Source of the DNA: Amylibacter sp.
GTDB lineage: Bacteria > Pseudomonadota > Alphaproteobacteria > Rhodobacterales > Rhodobacteraceae
Length of the DNA: 64,000 nucleotides
Assembly: GCA_965250955.1 (NCBI GenBank)
Contig: CBDFQE010000001.1
Coordinates: 506,545-570,544, forward strand
Reading direction: 5' to 3'
The notes under the pieces are model-generated. The model worked only from the letters and a program-made list of their open reading frames with translations. It had not been told where the DNA came from and did not search any database. Shown here one piece after another: positions 9,307 through 19,195 of this stretch. The stretch's first letter is position 1, and every line of letters starts with the position of its first letter. The position numbers were made by a program, and so were the translations under genes.

Positions 9307-10146
9307 ATGAAATATCTACAATCATGGCCCATAAATTTATGCCATTGTTTTATTTTAACTGGTTTTGTGATGTCTTATGGAACCGCACAAGCTGGTACTG
9401 AGTATACATTTAAACACATAAAGGTCGGGCAACTGCCGCTTGGGTCGCGCATAAATATCCAGATAGAACCTAAAGTACCCTCAAAAAAGAAACCCAATGT
9501 TGCTCCTGCAGCGGATATAGCAGCAAAAGGTACAATCGCTGTAAATCAATATGATTGGTTTTGGGCCGATTTTAAGCACGATATATCAGGGGCGTCGTTA
9601 ATGCGCCTGATTGATGCAGAGTTACAGCTCAAGAAATCACCGAAAAACGCTCAAAACCTGGCACCTAGTTTAACAACGATGCGTAAACTGGTGGCCAATT
9701 ACGGTACTGACATATTACTGGCAACTGTTGGTAAAGAAATTTCACCTGCCCTGGTCTTGGCCGTTATGGGGGTCGAGTCTGCGGGAATGCCTGATGCAGT
9801 CAGTTCAGCAGGCGCGGTAGGGCTAATGCAACTTATTCCCGCAACCGCGAAACGTTTTAACGTAACAGATAGTACGGACCCCAAGCAGAACATTGCAGGC
9901 GGGGTGGCTTACTTGGATTGGTTGTTCAAAGAGTTCAATCATGACCCTGTACTGGCATTGGCTGGATATAATGCAGGTGAAAACGCGGTTAAGAAACATA
10001 AAGGTGTACCCCCTTTCGCAGAAACACGTGGGTACGTGCCTAAAGTAGTGGCTGCTTGGAAGGTTGCCAAAGCTTTGTGTATTACACCGCCTAAATACGC
10101 CATAGACGGGTGTGTTTTTGATTTAACTCCGAAAGTCAGTAAGTAG
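9307..10146 (+). CDS. Lytic transglycosylase (SLT domain), secreted
   Basis: Signal peptide. SLT motifs MGVESAGMPDAVSSAGAVGLMQLIP and AGYNAGENAV. Confidence 0.85.
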   Translation: MKYLQSWPINLCHCFILTGFVMSYGTAQAGTEYTFKHIKVGQLPLGSRINIQIEPKVPSKKKPNVAPAADIAAKGTIAVNQYDWFWADFKHDISGASLMRLIDAELQLKKSPKNAQNLAPSLTTMRKLVANYGTDILLATVGKEISPALVLAVMGVESAGMPDAVSSAGAVGLMQLIPATAKRFNVTDSTDPKQNIAGGVAYLDWLFKEFNHDPVLALAGYNAGENAVKKHKGVPPFAETRGYVPKVVAAWKVAKALCITPPKYAIDGCVFDLTPKVSK

Positions 10147-10213
10147 TAGAAATACGCACTGGTATTTCCATTGAAAAATTGACAGATTGCCGCTGTATCA
10201 AAGAGGGGTCGTT

Positions 10214-12175
10214 ATGTCTGATAATCTGCAACCAATGTGGGCACCATCACAAGACCGTATCGAAGCCAGTCTGCTGGCAAAGTTTATTGCCGCTGCATCT
10301 AAACAATCGGGCAACGCGGCACTGGATTATGATGCCATATGGAACTGGTCAGTTTCATCCCCCATAGAATTCTGGGATGCGTTATGGGATTTCTGCGGAG
10401 TTATCGGTGATAAATCCAGCCCAGTGATGGCCCAAACTGGCACTCTTATAGACACACAGTTTTTCCCGAACGCGAAAATCAATTTCGCAGAGAACCTTTT
10501 GGGCCACGCGGGCGAAGGCCCCTGTATTATCTTTCGCAGTGAAGATGGCGGGCGTACTGTATGGTCATGGGACGACTTGAAACAAACCGTTTCAAAGCTA
10601 CAACAGGTTTTAATTGCACAAGGTATAGGGCAGGGCGACCGCGTTGCGGGCTTCGTGCCCAACCTACCCGAAGCCATCGCTGCCATGCTGGCGGTCACCA
10701 GTCTAGGTGCCGTCTGGTCATCGTGTTCACCTGATTTCGGTCTGAACGGCGTCAAAGACCGCTTTGGCCAAATTGAACCTAAAATCCTGTTCACCGCAGA
10801 CGCCTATCACTACAACGGCAAAACGCATTCTTCTTTGGACGTGGCCGCCCAACTGGCCCAAGATTTGCCCTCGGTGCAAAAAGTCATTGTCATTCCTTAT
10901 GTGGAAACATCTGCGGATATTTCTGTTCTGGGCGCAAAAGGCCTGCATTGGGCCGATGCATTGGCTGCATATGAAGCCAAAGAAATCGCTTATACCCGCG
11001 TCGATTTCGCCTCACCCTTATATATAATGTTCTCATCGGGCACCACAGGCCTGCCCAAATGCATCATCCATTCTGTTGGCGGCGTGCTGTTGCAGCACTT
11101 AAAAGAACACCAGCTGCAATGCGATGTCAAACCGAACGACCGCTTCTTTTATTTCACCACATGCGGTTGGATGATGTGGAACTGGCTGGTTACGGGGCTG
11201 GCCTCAGGGGCCACACTGGTCTTGTTTGACGGCTCACCGTTTTACCCCGATGGCAATATTCTGGCCGATATCGCCGCATCCGAAAGTGTCACCCAATTCG
11301 GCACTTCAGCCAAATATATAGACGCTTGCGCCAAAGCCGGCATAAAACCCGCCCAAACCCATGATCTATCTGCCCTGCGCACAATCCTGTCCACAGGTTC
11401 CCCGCTGGCCCCCGAAGGTTTCGACTATATATATAGCGATTGGAAATCCGACGTTTGCCTGTCTTCGGTTGCAGGCGGCACTGATATTGTGGCCTGTTTC
11501 GTCGGCGGCAGCCCGATTAGCCCAGTTTATCGTGGCCAATGCCAGAAACGGCACCTTGGCATGAACACGCAAGTGTTCGATGAAAACGCCAAGCCATTGC
11601 AGTGTGAACCCGGTGAATTGGTCTGCACATCCGCACACCCCTCAATGCCAGTAGGTTTTTGGAATGATCCTGATCGCAAGAAATACTCTGCGGCCTATTT
11701 CGAAAAATTTGACAACATTTGGCACCACGGTGACTGGGTGGAACTGACAGCTCAAGGCGGCATGACTTTCTTTGGCCGCTCGGATGCTGTACTGAACCCC
11801 GGCGGTGTGCGTATCGGCACAGCCGAAATTTATCGCCAAGTCGAACGCATCGAAGAAGTGCTTGAAGGTCTGGTGATCGGTCAGCAATGGGATAACGACG
11901 TGCGCGTTGTGCTGTTCGTGCGTTTGCGTGAAGGGGCCACATTGGATGAGGTTTTGATCAAACGCATCAAAACCGAGATACGCCAAAACGCCACCCCGCG
12001 TCATGTGCCTGCAAAGGTCATCGCTGTGACGGACATTCCACGCACCAAATCTGGTAAAATTACCGAACTGGCGGTGCGTGATGTAGTGCATGGGCGCGTG
12101 GTGAAAAATACCGAAGCTATGGCAAACCCCGAAGCACTGGAATTGTTCAAGGATTTGCCGGAACTACAAGTCTAA
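10214..12175 (+). CDS. Acetoacetyl-CoA synthetase (acetoacetate-CoA ligase)
   Basis: ORF track 10187..12175. Start trimmed to ATG 10214 (AGAGGGG RBS). AMP-binding motif [11 protein letters not shown], about 650 aa with an AACS-type N-terminus ([17 protein letters not shown]). Confidence 0.85.
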   Translation: MSDNLQPMWAPSQDRIEASLLAKFIAAASKQSGNAALDYDAIWNWSVSSPIEFWDALWDFCGVIGDKSSPVMAQTGTLIDTQFFPNAKINFAENLLGHAGEGPCIIFRSEDGGRTVWSWDDLKQTVSKLQQVLIAQGIGQGDRVAGFVPNLPEAIAAMLAVTSLGAVWSSCSPDFGLNGVKDRFGQIEPKILFTADAYHYNGKTHSSLDVAAQLAQDLPSVQKVIVIPYVETSADISVLGAKGLHWADALAAYEAKEIAYTRVDFASPLYIMFSSGTTGLPKCIIHSVGGVLLQHLKEHQLQCDVKPNDRFFYFTTCGWMMWNWLVTGLASGATLVLFDGSPFYPDGNILADIAASESVTQFGTSAKYIDACAKAGIKPAQTHDLSALRTILSTGSPLAPEGFDYIYSDWKSDVCLSSVAGGTDIVACFVGGSPISPVYRGQCQKRHLGMNTQVFDENAKPLQCEPGELVCTSAHPSMPVGFWNDPDRKKYSAAYFEKFDNIWHHGDWVELTAQGGMTFFGRSDAVLNPGGVRIGTAEIYRQVERIEEVLEGLVIGQQWDNDVRVVLFVRLREGATLDEVLIKRIKTEIRQNATPRHVPAKVIAVTDIPRTKSGKITELAVRDVVHGRVVKNTEAMANPEALELFKDLPELQV

Positions 12176-13278
12176 AATCCGAACAGCTCTACATAGTCGT
12201 CAATGATACTGGAATAAAACGCCTGAACCCGCGCGTTCGGTTGGCGAATTTCAAAGGTTTCGGCAAAAGGATCGTCGGCCTCTATATCACTACCCGACAT
12301 TTGTGTCAGGATCGCGTGACCGCAAAACGGCACATAAACCTCGGAATACCCACCTTCGTGGGCCATCACCAAACGTCCGTCACACAGCTCTTCGGCCGCA
12401 CCCATAACCATACCTGTCATGTCTTGAAATGTTTGTGCCGTTGCCATCATACGCGCTAGCGGGTCAACGGCAGCTGCATCATACCCGCAAGCAATGATGA
12501 TTACATCGGGGGCAAAGGCATCCAGCGCAGGCAATACCAGACGCTGCATCGTTTCCAAATAAGTCGCGTGCCCTGCACCGGGTGGTAGGGGGATATTCAT
12601 ATTATAACCTAGTCCGGCCTCAGATCCGCAATCCACGGCAGCACCCGTATCCAACGGGTAATTGTTTTCCTGATGGATCGATATGGTCAGCACAGCATCG
12701 CGATCATAAAATATCGCTTCGGTGCCATTACCGTGATGCACATCCCAGTCAATAATAGCCACACGCGATGTCAGGCCTTGGGCAAACGCGGCTTCAACCG
12801 CTATTGCAATATTGGCAAACAGGCAAAATCCGTTGGGGTCGTCAGGCAGACAATGGTGCCCGGGCGGGCGCGATAGTGCATAGGCATTTTGTGTGTCACC
12901 TGCCAAGACACTGAATAATGCGCCCTTTACCAGCCCTGCTGAAAGGGCCGCAATCTCAAATCCACCTTGCCCGAATGGCGCATGAAAACCTATCTCACCA
13001 CCACCATTATCCGACATCTTCTTAAAACTGGTTAAATAGCTGTCAGGATGCACGCGGCGCAAATCCTGCATGCTGGCAGGCTCTGCGGATTGACATGAAA
13101 GTTCTTTTGCCAACCCCGTCACATCAATCAGGTTTTTCAACCGCCGCTTGGTTTCCGGGTCTTCAGGCAGGCCGCCACTGGCGAAAGGTTGTACATTGCC
13201 GCCTACAGGCGTGGTCAGCGCATAATTTCCACCACTGTGCCAGAAACATTTCTCATCCCAGAAAAACCCTGTTTTCAT
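12172..13278 (-). CDS. Histone deacetylase-family (class II HDAC-like) amidohydrolase
   Basis: Motifs RPPGHH, DWDVHHGNGT and EGGY. Confidence 0.85.
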   Translation of the reverse strand: MKTGFFWDEKCFWHSGGNYALTTPVGGNVQPFASGGLPEDPETKRRLKNLIDVTGLAKELSCQSAEPASMQDLRRVHPDSYLTSFKKMSDNGGGEIGFHAPFGQGGFEIAALSAGLVKGALFSVLAGDTQNAYALSRPPGHHCLPDDPNGFCLFANIAIAVEAAFAQGLTSRVAIIDWDVHHGNGTEAIFYDRDAVLTISIHQENNYPLDTGAAVDCGSEAGLGYNMNIPLPPGAGHATYLETMQRLVLPALDAFAPDVIIIACGYDAAAVDPLARMMATAQTFQDMTGMVMGAAEELCDGRLVMAHEGGYSEVYVPFCGHAILTQMSGSDIEADDPFAETFEIRQPNARVQAFYSSIIDDYVELFGF

Positions 13279-13358
13279 CTGCTTTTTCCCTTAGCTTGCT
13301 TAAACGAATCTATGACATGGCTTTGCCCAATCGCAAAGCCGCAATTTAAGGCAAGGTT

Positions 13359-13616
13359 TTGAAAGACATTGATCTTAGCTATCTGGCACAATCGGGCAAA
13401 CCCTTTGAGGTGGTGGTGACCCCCAAAGCATCGCGCAACCGGATCAAACTGGATGGCGCGAATATTCGGGTCTATGTCACAACCGTTCCTGAGAACGGCA
13501 AAGCAACGGCGGCTGTTATTAAATTGTTATCGAAAGCGATCGGAGTGCCTAAAAGTAAAATAAAACTGATCTGCGGCGCCATCTCCAAGCATAAATTATT
13601 TCAAATAGACCTATAG
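13359..13616 (+). CDS. DUF167 (YggU-like) protein
   Basis: TTG start with an AAGG RBS. Pattern VVVTPKASRNRI...IRVYVTTVPENGKATAAVIKLLSKAIGVPKSKI is typical of DUF167. Confidence 0.7.
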   Translation: MKDIDLSYLAQSGKPFEVVVTPKASRNRIKLDGANIRVYVTTVPENGKATAAVIKLLSKAIGVPKSKIKLICGAISKHKLFQIDL

Positions 13617-13640
13617 TAGTTACAAGATAAATAAGGGCGG

Positions 13641-13877
13641 CTAAGTGGGTTTCTTAATTATGTAACTGCCTTCAGGTAAATCCAATGCTGCCTCTAGTTC
13701 ACGTAGCTGTCCCAAAGACAGGCTGATTTTTTGCACCGTATCCGTGCGCGCATCCAGTTGTTCAACATTCACCTGTGAGGCAAAAACTGTAATGGTCACA
13801 TCTTCTTTAAGTGGGGCCTTGCCTTCGTCTATTAATGTAATAACCGAGGCATCAAATTCGTGTTCTATGGTAAACAT
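13641..13877 (-). CDS. Hypothetical 78-aa protein at the distal end of the T1SS operon
   Basis: ORF only. It lies 42 nt downstream of hlyD on the same strand. No motif recognised. Confidence 0.4.
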   Translation of the reverse strand: MFTIEHEFDASVITLIDEGKAPLKEDVTITVFASQVNVEQLDARTDTVQKISLSLGQLRELEAALDLPEGSYIIKKPT

Positions 13878-13919
13878 GACCTCAGCCTAGCGATGAAAGT
13901 GATAACTGGCAATGTCGTT

Positions 13920-15203
13920 CTAGTCCTGAATAGCCCCATCAAACATGGTAAAGAAAGGGGTCACTAAATACTGTGAAAAAGTGGTCTTTCGCCCTTCCAA
14001 AGCAACTGATACAGGCATGTCCGCAATAAGATGTAAACCCCCATGCAGACCAGCAACCGCCTGTTGCAGATCGTCCCCTATAATGGTGGCTTGCGCAGGG
14101 TACCCCGTTGGGTTTCCGTCATTATCTTTGGCGGCATCGGGTGAAATGGATTTCAATCGCACGCGTATCTTGGACAAATTGCGCTGCGGCAGGCTTGTAA
14201 CAGTCAACGTGCCTGACATGCCAACCCGAACCTGATCAATGGTTTGTGTTGGGATCAGCATTTGCACAATCGGCTGATCCAAGGCCTGTGAAAGTGTGAC
14301 CAGTGTGGTGCCCTTGGCTGCATACATCTGATTGGTGTCATAGCCTAGAAAAACAACCGTGCCTGAAACAGGCGAGCGAATTACTGCACTATCAATCTCA
14401 TCTTCTAAAGCCAACGATTGTCGCCGCAAATTCGGCAAAAGCTTAGTGTTCTCAAATTGTCTGCTTAACAAAGACAGGCGAAACTTGGTTTTTAGCTTTT
14501 GCGTATTCAAAACCGCTTGATCCGCCTGATTTTGCACCGATGCCAGTTGTTCTTCCTGCTCATTAATTTCGCCCTCCAGTGACAGAACCTGATCAGATTG
14601 CAATTCTTCTTGCGCCTTTGATAGCAAGCCCTTTTGCACCAGCGCATTTAGGTTGACCGACCTTTCAGACCTCACGCGCCGCCGCATAACCAAAATACTT
14701 ATACCATCTTCAATGGAACTGGCCCGCTTCCGGTTCGCATTCGCTGTTTGCAATTCCGCATTGATATCCAGCTTCAGCTGACGACGTTGTTCATAATAAC
14801 GCGCATTGATCAGATCGTTTGGCGGGATTTTCAAAATCTTATCTGTATCCGTGGCCGTCAGAATTTGCCTTATAACCGCATTTTCAGCCTCAATATTTGC
14901 GATCTGGATTTTAACCTCACTTAAACCTTTCACTTGGGTCGCAACATCCAACTCAAATAAAATCTGCCCTTTTTCCACCTGGCTTTGGGCTTTGACTAAA
15001 ACCTGCCTAATACGCCCGCCAAAGGAATGCTGGATGTCATAGCTGGGTTTTGCTGAAACCAAGGTGCCATTTGCCCTTATCGTGGTGGATAAGGGGGCAA
15101 AAATCGCCCAGGCCATCAGGCATAAAATGGCGATACTCAGGCTGATAAACGCCAACTGTAATGGTCTCGTAATTTCTGTCGGCATTTCGGTTTCAGGGTT
15201 CAA
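13920..15203 (-). CDS. HlyD-family type I secretion membrane fusion protein
   Basis: N-terminal TM helix, long coiled-coil middle, and a C-terminal beta domain typical of HlyD/PrtE. 4-nt overlap with the upstream ABC gene. Confidence 0.85.
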   Translation of the reverse strand: MNPETEMPTEITRPLQLAFISLSIAILCLMAWAIFAPLSTTIRANGTLVSAKPSYDIQHSFGGRIRQVLVKAQSQVEKGQILFELDVATQVKGLSEVKIQIANIEAENAVIRQILTATDTDKILKIPPNDLINARYYEQRRQLKLDINAELQTANANRKRASSIEDGISILVMRRRVRSERSVNLNALVQKGLLSKAQEELQSDQVLSLEGEINEQEEQLASVQNQADQAVLNTQKLKTKFRLSLLSRQFENTKLLPNLRRQSLALEDEIDSAVIRSPVSGTVVFLGYDTNQMYAAKGTTLVTLSQALDQPIVQMLIPTQTIDQVRVGMSGTLTVTSLPQRNLSKIRVRLKSISPDAAKDNDGNPTGYPAQATIIGDDLQQAVAGLHGGLHLIADMPVSVALEGRKTTFSQYLVTPFFTMFDGAIQD

Positions 15204-17278
15204 TGTTTTGTAACCTCTGCAAGTTTAGATTTGTCACTGGAAAGCCAAGCCGAGAATAGAGATGCTTTATCTATATTTTGCACCTCCAACTTATCAGCCA
15301 GTTGGGTGACAACTGCTAAAGCAATTTCGTCAGGGGGCAGATCAAACATATTCACTTCCGGATGGCGCACCAATGAGCGGATTTTTTGCATTTTCCCAAC
15401 CGCATCCGTCGGTCGCTCTTCTTTTAAAATAATCTCACAACGGACAGCATCCAGAAACTTAAAGATAAACATCGCTTCTCGCGGTTTATCCTGCGGGCCG
15501 TTTTGACAGGCCGCATTAAACATCTCTGTCGCCACCAGAACTGATTTTTGACAAAACTCTGTATCGGAATTGCGTGAAAACTGGGCAATAATCCAATCAT
15601 TCAAATCCTGTAAAGAGGCAGGATTTAACGGAATAGTCAGACGTTGACGCCCATCACTCATCCGCCCCAAAACTTCAGAACGCGCACCGAAATCGGCGGT
15701 GCGCCCATGATCCAGCATCAAAACTTTATCTGCCAGCCCCATGATGCCTGAACGATGCAAAACCATAATAATAGTTGTGCCTTTCGTTTTTAATGTGGCC
15801 AACGTATCGCAAAGTTGCCGTTCACCTGCGGCATCCAGAAGCGCGTTGGGTTCATCCAGAAACAGGTATCTGGGGGATTGAAAAATGGCTCGCGCCAAAG
15901 CAACCCGTTGCTTTTGCCCGGCTGACAGCAAATATGGGTTTTCACCCATGTCTGCCTCATATGCCCCCGGCAAGGCAGAAATCAATCCATGAACCCCTGC
16001 GGTTTTCGCCGCATTGACGATCTGCTGATCATCCGGATCCGGCGCAAAACAGGAAATATTCTGGGCCAATGTGCCGTTCAGCAACTGCGCTTGTTGCGGC
16101 AAGTACCCAACTGCCTGATTGAATGTGACAGGGCCAAGCGTGCGTATTTCGCTTTCGTCCAGAAAGGTAGAGCCGATAGGGCAGGGATCAATGCCGCAAA
16201 GCGCATGTAGTAATGTGGTCTTGCCACTGCCACTATCACCCAAAATCGCTAGGCATTCCCCTGCTTCCAGCGAAAAAGAAACCCGATCAAGGCGTGGGGG
16301 TGCGCCACCGCCACGGGGAAAAATCAGCCCTTCAACACGCAGCGCACCTGAAAGATCGGGCACTTCGGTCGGGGCCACATGATTGCGCGCCAAATCTATG
16401 CGCATTTGTTGGAACGCGCCATAAGACATCTTGATGTCTGTAAGGCTGTTAATACTGGCTTCAATCGTGGTGATGGTCTTTGCCGTGATAATAGAGGCCC
16501 CGATCATCCCCCCCGAAGACAAATCACCGCTTACAACCAGTGATGCCCCAAGTGCCAATGCCAATATTTGTGAAGACATCCGTATAAACCCAAGGCTTGC
16601 CGTGCGCATAGAGGTGGCAGCCGTGATCTGATCTTCGCTTAAGTGCCGTTGCGATTGAATGTTGAAAAACTTTGCTTTCAGGTTTTCCGCCATTGCCTGT
16701 ATCCCAGACACTTTTTGAAAATCAGTTGCATCCTTTAATGTCTGCTGTTCTTGGCGCGATAAAGCCGCCGATGATTGCGTCTGATCTTGCGTCAGCAATT
16801 TTGTGACGAACTTGATCAGGATAATTGTTGCTATAACGCCTGTGGCCAGCAGCAGAAATAACGGGTGAATAAGAACAAGGGCGGTTAAGAATAACGGCAC
16901 CCAAACAATATTAAGTGCCGCCGTCGCTGTCGGCCCTTTAAAAAACCGTGACAGTTGACCAACATTGTGGATCGCCACTTGGCGTTCTTGCCCTGTCAGC
17001 TGCAAAGCAGAGCTTGCCCCGATGGCTTCCACCCACCGCGCGGTCTTGGAAAAAAACTGATCACGGTAAAATTCAACAAAAGCATGGGTCGCGATGGCCC
17101 CCAAGGCCACCATCAATAACATCAACAATGTGCTTAGGTTTTCACTGGGAACGACACGATCAATTACTTGCATCATGAAGATCGGGCTGACCAAAACCGC
17201 AAGGTTCGTGACCATGCTGAAAATAATCAGCGGGGTTACCTGCTTTTTCAACTGACTTAGGGGATCAGGTTGTGACAA
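15200..17278 (-). CDS. Type I secretion ABC transporter (permease + ATPase, PrtD-type, no C39 domain) with about 150-aa C-terminal extension
   Basis: N-terminal TMD. Walker A GDSGSGKTT, signature LSAGQKQRV, Walker B YLFLDEP. The NBD ends near aa 540 of 692. Confidence 0.9.
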   Translation of the reverse strand: MSQPDPLSQLKKQVTPLIIFSMVTNLAVLVSPIFMMQVIDRVVPSENLSTLLMLLMVALGAIATHAFVEFYRDQFFSKTARWVEAIGASSALQLTGQERQVAIHNVGQLSRFFKGPTATAALNIVWVPLFLTALVLIHPLFLLLATGVIATIILIKFVTKLLTQDQTQSSAALSRQEQQTLKDATDFQKVSGIQAMAENLKAKFFNIQSQRHLSEDQITAATSMRTASLGFIRMSSQILALALGASLVVSGDLSSGGMIGASIITAKTITTIEASINSLTDIKMSYGAFQQMRIDLARNHVAPTEVPDLSGALRVEGLIFPRGGGAPPRLDRVSFSLEAGECLAILGDSGSGKTTLLHALCGIDPCPIGSTFLDESEIRTLGPVTFNQAVGYLPQQAQLLNGTLAQNISCFAPDPDDQQIVNAAKTAGVHGLISALPGAYEADMGENPYLLSAGQKQRVALARAIFQSPRYLFLDEPNALLDAAGERQLCDTLATLKTKGTTIIMVLHRSGIMGLADKVLMLDHGRTADFGARSEVLGRMSDGRQRLTIPLNPASLQDLNDWIIAQFSRNSDTEFCQKSVLVATEMFNAACQNGPQDKPREAMFIFKFLDAVRCEIILKEERPTDAVGKMQKIRSLVRHPEVNMFDLPPDEIALAVVTQLADKLEVQNIDKASLFSAWLSSDKSKLAEVTKH

Positions 17279-17341
17279 AATAAGTGGCTTTCATTAAGTA
17301 TAGGGGAAACCGTCGTTGTTAGGCAGTTTCCATATTCAAGA

Positions 17342-19195
17342 TCACAAGATGAAATTGCTTTCGTCCAGATCATCGGGATCAATCGACTTGATCAATATTT
17401 CGTCCAGATCATCGGGATCAATCGACTTGATCAATATTTTGTCGCCGCTCTGCCCGCCGTCCAAGCCGCTAAGATCAATCTCTGTAGCCCAGCCTTGATT
17501 TGTCATTAGATTTTGTAGGTCGGAAAATTCCAATCCGTATGATGACAGGTCAATTTGGTCATGGCCTGTTTCAAAGTCGTGGATCATATCCTTGCCGCCC
17601 CCTGCGGACACAACAAAGGTATCCGTACTTCCGTCTTTCCACCAATTACCGCCCCACATATGGTCGTCACCGGCACCACCTTCAATCGTGTCAGAACCCG
17701 ATCCCCCGACAAGCTTGTCAGAACCTGCCCCACCCGCGATAACATCATCGCCGCCACCCCCCAGCACCTTGTCGTCACCGGCCCCGCCATCCAGCTTATC
17801 GTCGCCGGTTCCCCCTTCTATGTGGTCATTACCGTCACCGCCTGACATTTTATCATTGCCACCGCCGCCAAATAACTTGTCATTACCTGCACCGCCCGAA
17901 ACGGCATCATCACCTTTGCCAGCATGGATCACATCGCTGCCTTCACCGCCATGTAACTGATCATCCCCGTCACCACCGCGCAGCTTATCGTCACCCGCCC
18001 CGCCAAAGGTCACATCATCACCAGCCCCCGCATTTATGATATCGTCGCCCGCACCGCCTTCAGCATAATCATCGCCGTCTTCCAGGTTAAGTGTGTCATT
18101 GCCGTCACCACCATAAGCGATATCATCACCGTCACCGGCATTCACAACATCATCGCCTGCATCACCATATAGCTGATCATTGCCCCCGCCGCCCAAAACC
18201 ACGTCATCGCCGTCACCACCATGTATGGTGTCGCCTGATGCATCCAGTTTGGGGCCATTAGCACCTCCTGTCGCTATGGCCGATGCGTCATAAACCCATT
18301 TGCCACCCACAAGGCTCCATTCATTGCCCGCAACACCGCCTGCAGCCAGATCATTGCCTTGGCCTGCGATAATATCATCGGCACCGCCATACCCTAAAAT
18401 AACATCCGCATTACCATCATCCCCATCGATTGTGTCGCCATGTTGATCGACAAACCCCACATGCATCGTGTCGGCCCCTTCAGTGCCATCTACAGTTACA
18501 GCCGTTAAATCCGCCTCATCAATGATTTGTATCGCGTCACCGGCAATCAGAATTGCACTGTCATATATATTGTCACCTACATCTGCGATCACAATTTTAA
18601 TTGTATTTTCCTGCCCCGGAATAAGCTTCGCTGTCACCGACAAGCTTGTAACCACACCATCAAACTCGGTGTTAATCGAACTATCCGTGTTATTGTAGAA
18701 ATCCCCAGCATTCACATCGACAATACCATTCGTTGTACCTGTAATAGGCACCAACTCACCATTCACGTAAACCGCTGCCATGTCATTATATATGCTACCC
18801 ACATATTCAGGGTATTCTTCGCTAGCGAAAGTCATCGTAAAACTAAGCGCATCCTGATCGGGTATAAAAGTCACTTCCAACCCGGCTGCATCAAAAGTTT
18901 TATGTGTCGTGTGTTCGGCAATGTCATCACTACCTTCGGTTTTCATCTTGCCCGATGTATTTAACTTTTGATTGAATTCGCCACTTTCATTGGTAGCATG
19001 CGTGGCGTTGCCAGTTGAAAAGATCAACCCGGTGTCAGCAGGTGTTAGTTCATCCGCCACCGCATCGCCATTTGAAAAAGCCGCGACCTGTTGGTCAGAA
19101 CCGATAAGAGAAGCACTTACAATCGTAGCACCTCCTGAAAATAATGCTTCCGCCGCATTTGTTGCATCAATACTTGAATAATCTAGATTTGCCAT
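17342..19195 (-). CDS. RTX-type calcium-binding secreted protein (N-terminal choice-of-anchor-L-like domain, GGxGxD nonapeptide repeats, C-terminal T1SS signal)
   Basis: ORF track 17342..19207. ATG at 19195 is preferred because of its GAGGA RBS. Many GGAGDD/GGDGND repeats. N-terminal FTMTFASEEYPEYVGSIYNDMAAVYVNGE. C-terminal DMIHDFETGHDQIDLS. Confidence 0.9.
   Translation of the reverse strand: MANLDYSSIDATNAAEALFSGGATIVSASLIGSDQQVAAFSNGDAVADELTPADTGLIFSTGNATHATNESGEFNQKLNTSGKMKTEGSDDIAEHTTHKTFDAAGLEVTFIPDQDALSFTMTFASEEYPEYVGSIYNDMAAVYVNGELVPITGTTNGIVDVNAGDFYNNTDSSINTEFDGVVTSLSVTAKLIPGQENTIKIVIADVGDNIYDSAILIAGDAIQIIDEADLTAVTVDGTEGADTMHVGFVDQHGDTIDGDDGNADVILGYGGADDIIAGQGNDLAAGGVAGNEWSLVGGKWVYDASAIATGGANGPKLDASGDTIHGGDGDDVVLGGGGNDQLYGDAGDDVVNAGDGDDIAYGGDGNDTLNLEDGDDYAEGGAGDDIINAGAGDDVTFGGAGDDKLRGGDGDDQLHGGEGSDVIHAGKGDDAVSGGAGNDKLFGGGGNDKMSGGDGNDHIEGGTGDDKLDGGAGDDKVLGGGGDDVIAGGAGSDKLVGGSGSDTIEGGAGDDHMWGGNWWKDGSTDTFVVSAGGGKDMIHDFETGHDQIDLSSYGLEFSDLQNLMTNQGWATEIDLSGLDGGQSGDKILIKSIDPDDLDEILIKSIDPDDLDESNFIL
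17361..17438. repeat. Perfect 39-bp tandem duplication (2 units) inside the RTX gene 3' end
   Basis: The unit tcgtccagatcatcgggatcaatcgacttgatcaatatt occurs at 17361-17399 and again at 17400-17438. This encodes ILIKSIDPDDLDE twice. Confidence 0.97.

Noticed and set aside
17361-17438. Possible CRISPR or minisatellite.
   Set aside because: There are only two abutting units without spacers, and they lie in frame inside a coding sequence. No other repeat-spacer architecture was seen anywhere in the window.
17592-17960. A 122-aa Pro/Ser-rich plus-strand ORF (..PPPSTLSSPAPPSSLSSP..), together with neighbouring plus-strand ORFs.
   Set aside because: It is the antisense reading of the GGxGxD nonapeptide repeats of the RTX gene. 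The periodic low-complexity sequence mirrors the repeats. It has no RBS and no independent support.
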